Origin: Camelus ferus
Lineage: Eukaryota
Direction of reading: 5' to 3'
NCBI RefSeq assembly: GCF_009834535.1
Contig: NC_045697.1
Coordinates: 118,298,001 to 118,362,000, forward strand
DNA length: 64,000 nucleotides
Shown here: one piece after another, positions 61,969 through 64,000 of the stretch
Layout of the letters: every line of letters starts with the position of its first letter
Position numbering within the stretch: the stretch's first letter is position 1
Notes under the pieces: model-generated
The model's input: only the letters and a program-made list of their open reading frames with translations
Databases searched by the model: none
What the model was told of the DNA's origin: nothing
Translations under genes and position numbers: made by a program

Positions 61969-63152
61969 CTAATAAGGGCTTAATTTAATTTGCTGAAATG
62001 AAGAAGAGCCATAAAATCATTTCCTTTATTCAAAGACATTTAAACTAACATCTTTTAGTAATAATTTTTAAATGACAAAAACAGCTAAAACAATAAATCT
62101 TTTGTTTCCTTTGCCAATCTGGTAAAGAAAGAATGCATTAAAACACACACTAAACTGTCAGAAAGTGTAGCGTTTTGCTTTCTAACAGACAAATCTTGAT
62201 AATGATGAAGAATAATCAACTTTAAACCTGCTATTCGACAGTTGCAATTATCTTATTTGTATTTTTTTTTTTTTTGGAAGATCCAAGAATCTCTTACAGA
62301 CAAGGATAAAAAACAGTTTGCATTTGGCTGTTTTATTATTCTTTGCACTGAAGGAATTTCATGAAACCAATTTTGATGTTCTGTCGAGGATAATGGTTGT
62401 CTTATCAGGGGATGAATTCTTAACCCATTTATGAATTCCCTTCCTGTTTAATTGTAAAAACTGGAAGTTGCTTTGATAAGAGGTTCTGCCTTTTAAGAGA
62501 TAAATTAGGAGCAGATTAAGATGAGGAACCCAAGAACTAGATTTCCTAAAACTCCTGGCTATCTAGCTTCCTCGGGGCCTTGCTGGCAACCACTGTGTGT
62601 CCTGTCTCTTACTGTTCCACCATCACGTTATGAGGCCAGCTGCTCAGATCTTTACTCAGACCTTCAAATCCTCACCTGTATTTCTCCCCCCTCTGGAGTG
62701 CTCGGCCTCTCCTGTTAGAATTTCCACTTTGAGCATCCACTCAGTGGAGGGTCCGTGATGCTCTCAGCTTCATCCCACGTGACGTGTGCCTCGTTTCCAT
62801 GCCTCAGCCTTTCCTTGGAGCCCCACGACCGTCACCTTTGGGAACCTCCTGACAAAGCCATCATCTTGGGTCTTATCCTGTCTCTCTGACTAATCCTTAT
62901 TGAACAAGATATGGAAAACGTGAGTGAATAAAATGAAAATTATTGAAACTCCCACAGTCCCATTAGTCAGAGGCACCTACCAAGGATAGAAGTAGCTAAC
63001 CAGGTCCGAGGTCTCCATCCAAACGCCACACCTGTTCTCAGCTGTGTCCCACCCAGAGAGACCAGAGAGGGCAACACTTCCATTGGGGACAAAGAAAGGG
63101 TGGGGAAAATCTGCTGTCGGCCTCAAAGCTACCCAAACTCCAGGTATAATTT

Positions 63153-63343
63153 ACTTTTTTTTAATTTATTTACTTTTTATTGACGTATAGTCGGTTTACA
63201 ATGTTGTGTTAACTTCTGGTGTGCAGCACAGTGACTCAATCACATGCATATTCATGCTCATATTCTTTTTCACTACAGGTTATTACAAGGTATTGAACAG
63301 AGTTCCCTGTGCTCTACAGTAGGACCTGGTTGTCTACCTCCAT
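63153..63343 (-). mobile_element. Short L1 3'UTR insertion
   Basis: TSD TCCAGGTATAATTT (63139-63152) / TCCAAGTATAGTTT (63344-63357); GTTCCCTGTGCTCTACAGTAGG. Confidence 0.9.
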
Positions 63344-63568
63344 TCCAAGTATAGTTTGAATAGAGCAAGGCCAGTGATCTGGCGACCTGAGCTGGAGGCG
63401 TCAGTCCTAGACTTACAACATCCTAAAAGGCTGCTTTTGCAATCACGTCGTCAGTCACATACCCTTTCTGCTGTCACTTTAAAACACCAAGTTTTCCTCT
63501 GCTTTCTGGCTATGCTGTCTAGTCAGTAAACCCGATTTTAATTTATCATAAAACTATCCCTGTGCTGA

Positions 63569-63616
63569 ACACACACGCACGTGTGCACACACACAGACAG
63601 ACACACACACACACAC
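63569..63616. repeat. Imperfect (CA)n microsatellite
   Basis: CA/CG/GA alternating tract. Confidence 0.9.
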
Positions 63617-63674
63617 CTGTTAGTCTTAGACTTGGGTATAAATTCCTAGAATTCTCGGGTTGAGGGCACCTAAG

Positions 63675-63900
63675 CACATCGGTTAAGACCCTTTCTGTTG
63701 TAAGTGAGAAACAAGCTCGTTGGCAAATTCATTGGCTCACACAACCCCAGGGTTTTACAGGTCTGCCTGCTTTTACTTTTAAGTGACTTCAGGTGTGTCT
63801 TCGTTCTGAGCTAAAACCAGGCCACCACAAGCCACCAGTTGGCTTTGCCAGTTCTCAGTTGTTTGCTGCACCCCCGTCTGCCTGTGCTGACCCCTCATCC
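63675..63900 (-). mobile_element. Possible old MaLR LTR (MLT1J/K-like) fragment
   Basis: GTTAAGACCCTTTCTGTTGTAAGTGAGAAAC...TTCATTGGCTCACACAAC. Confidence 0.45.
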
Positions 63901-64000
63901 ACCCTCCCCCCCACCAACTCCCGGTGACCTCAGAGCCACGCTGTTGCAGCACTGAACACGGCAGAGCGGCCAGTTTCCCTTGAGTTTGTTAACGGAAGTC

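Overview
Mammalian, repeat-dense, apparently non-coding DNA (intergenic or deep intronic). It is most likely from a camelid, because it carries three tRNA-derived SINEs of the vic-1 type and young artiodactyl-type L1 3' ends. I find no credible protein-coding gene, tRNA/rRNA gene or CRISPR array. The only ORFs with recognisable protein similarity are fragments of LINE-1 ORF2. Roughly half the window is retroelement or DNA-transposon debris: L1 of several ages (often nested, with readable target-site duplications, TSDs), L2, MIR, MER3, a MER113/Charlie-like element and about ten solo LTRs. The most interesting signals are: a TATA box plus polypyrimidine-CAG|GTAAGT site at 21.5 kb (first exon or recursive splice site); a solo LTR with a duplicated 71-bp octamer/CCAAT module; a MER41-like LTR with decayed GAS sites; a twin-primed inverted L1; very short tail-only insertions; CpG micro-clusters; a perfect 55-bp palindrome; and a few candidate exons. 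I cannot support a claim of a wholly new biological system from sequence alone. Family names come from recalled consensus sequences, and boundaries of old repeats are approximate.
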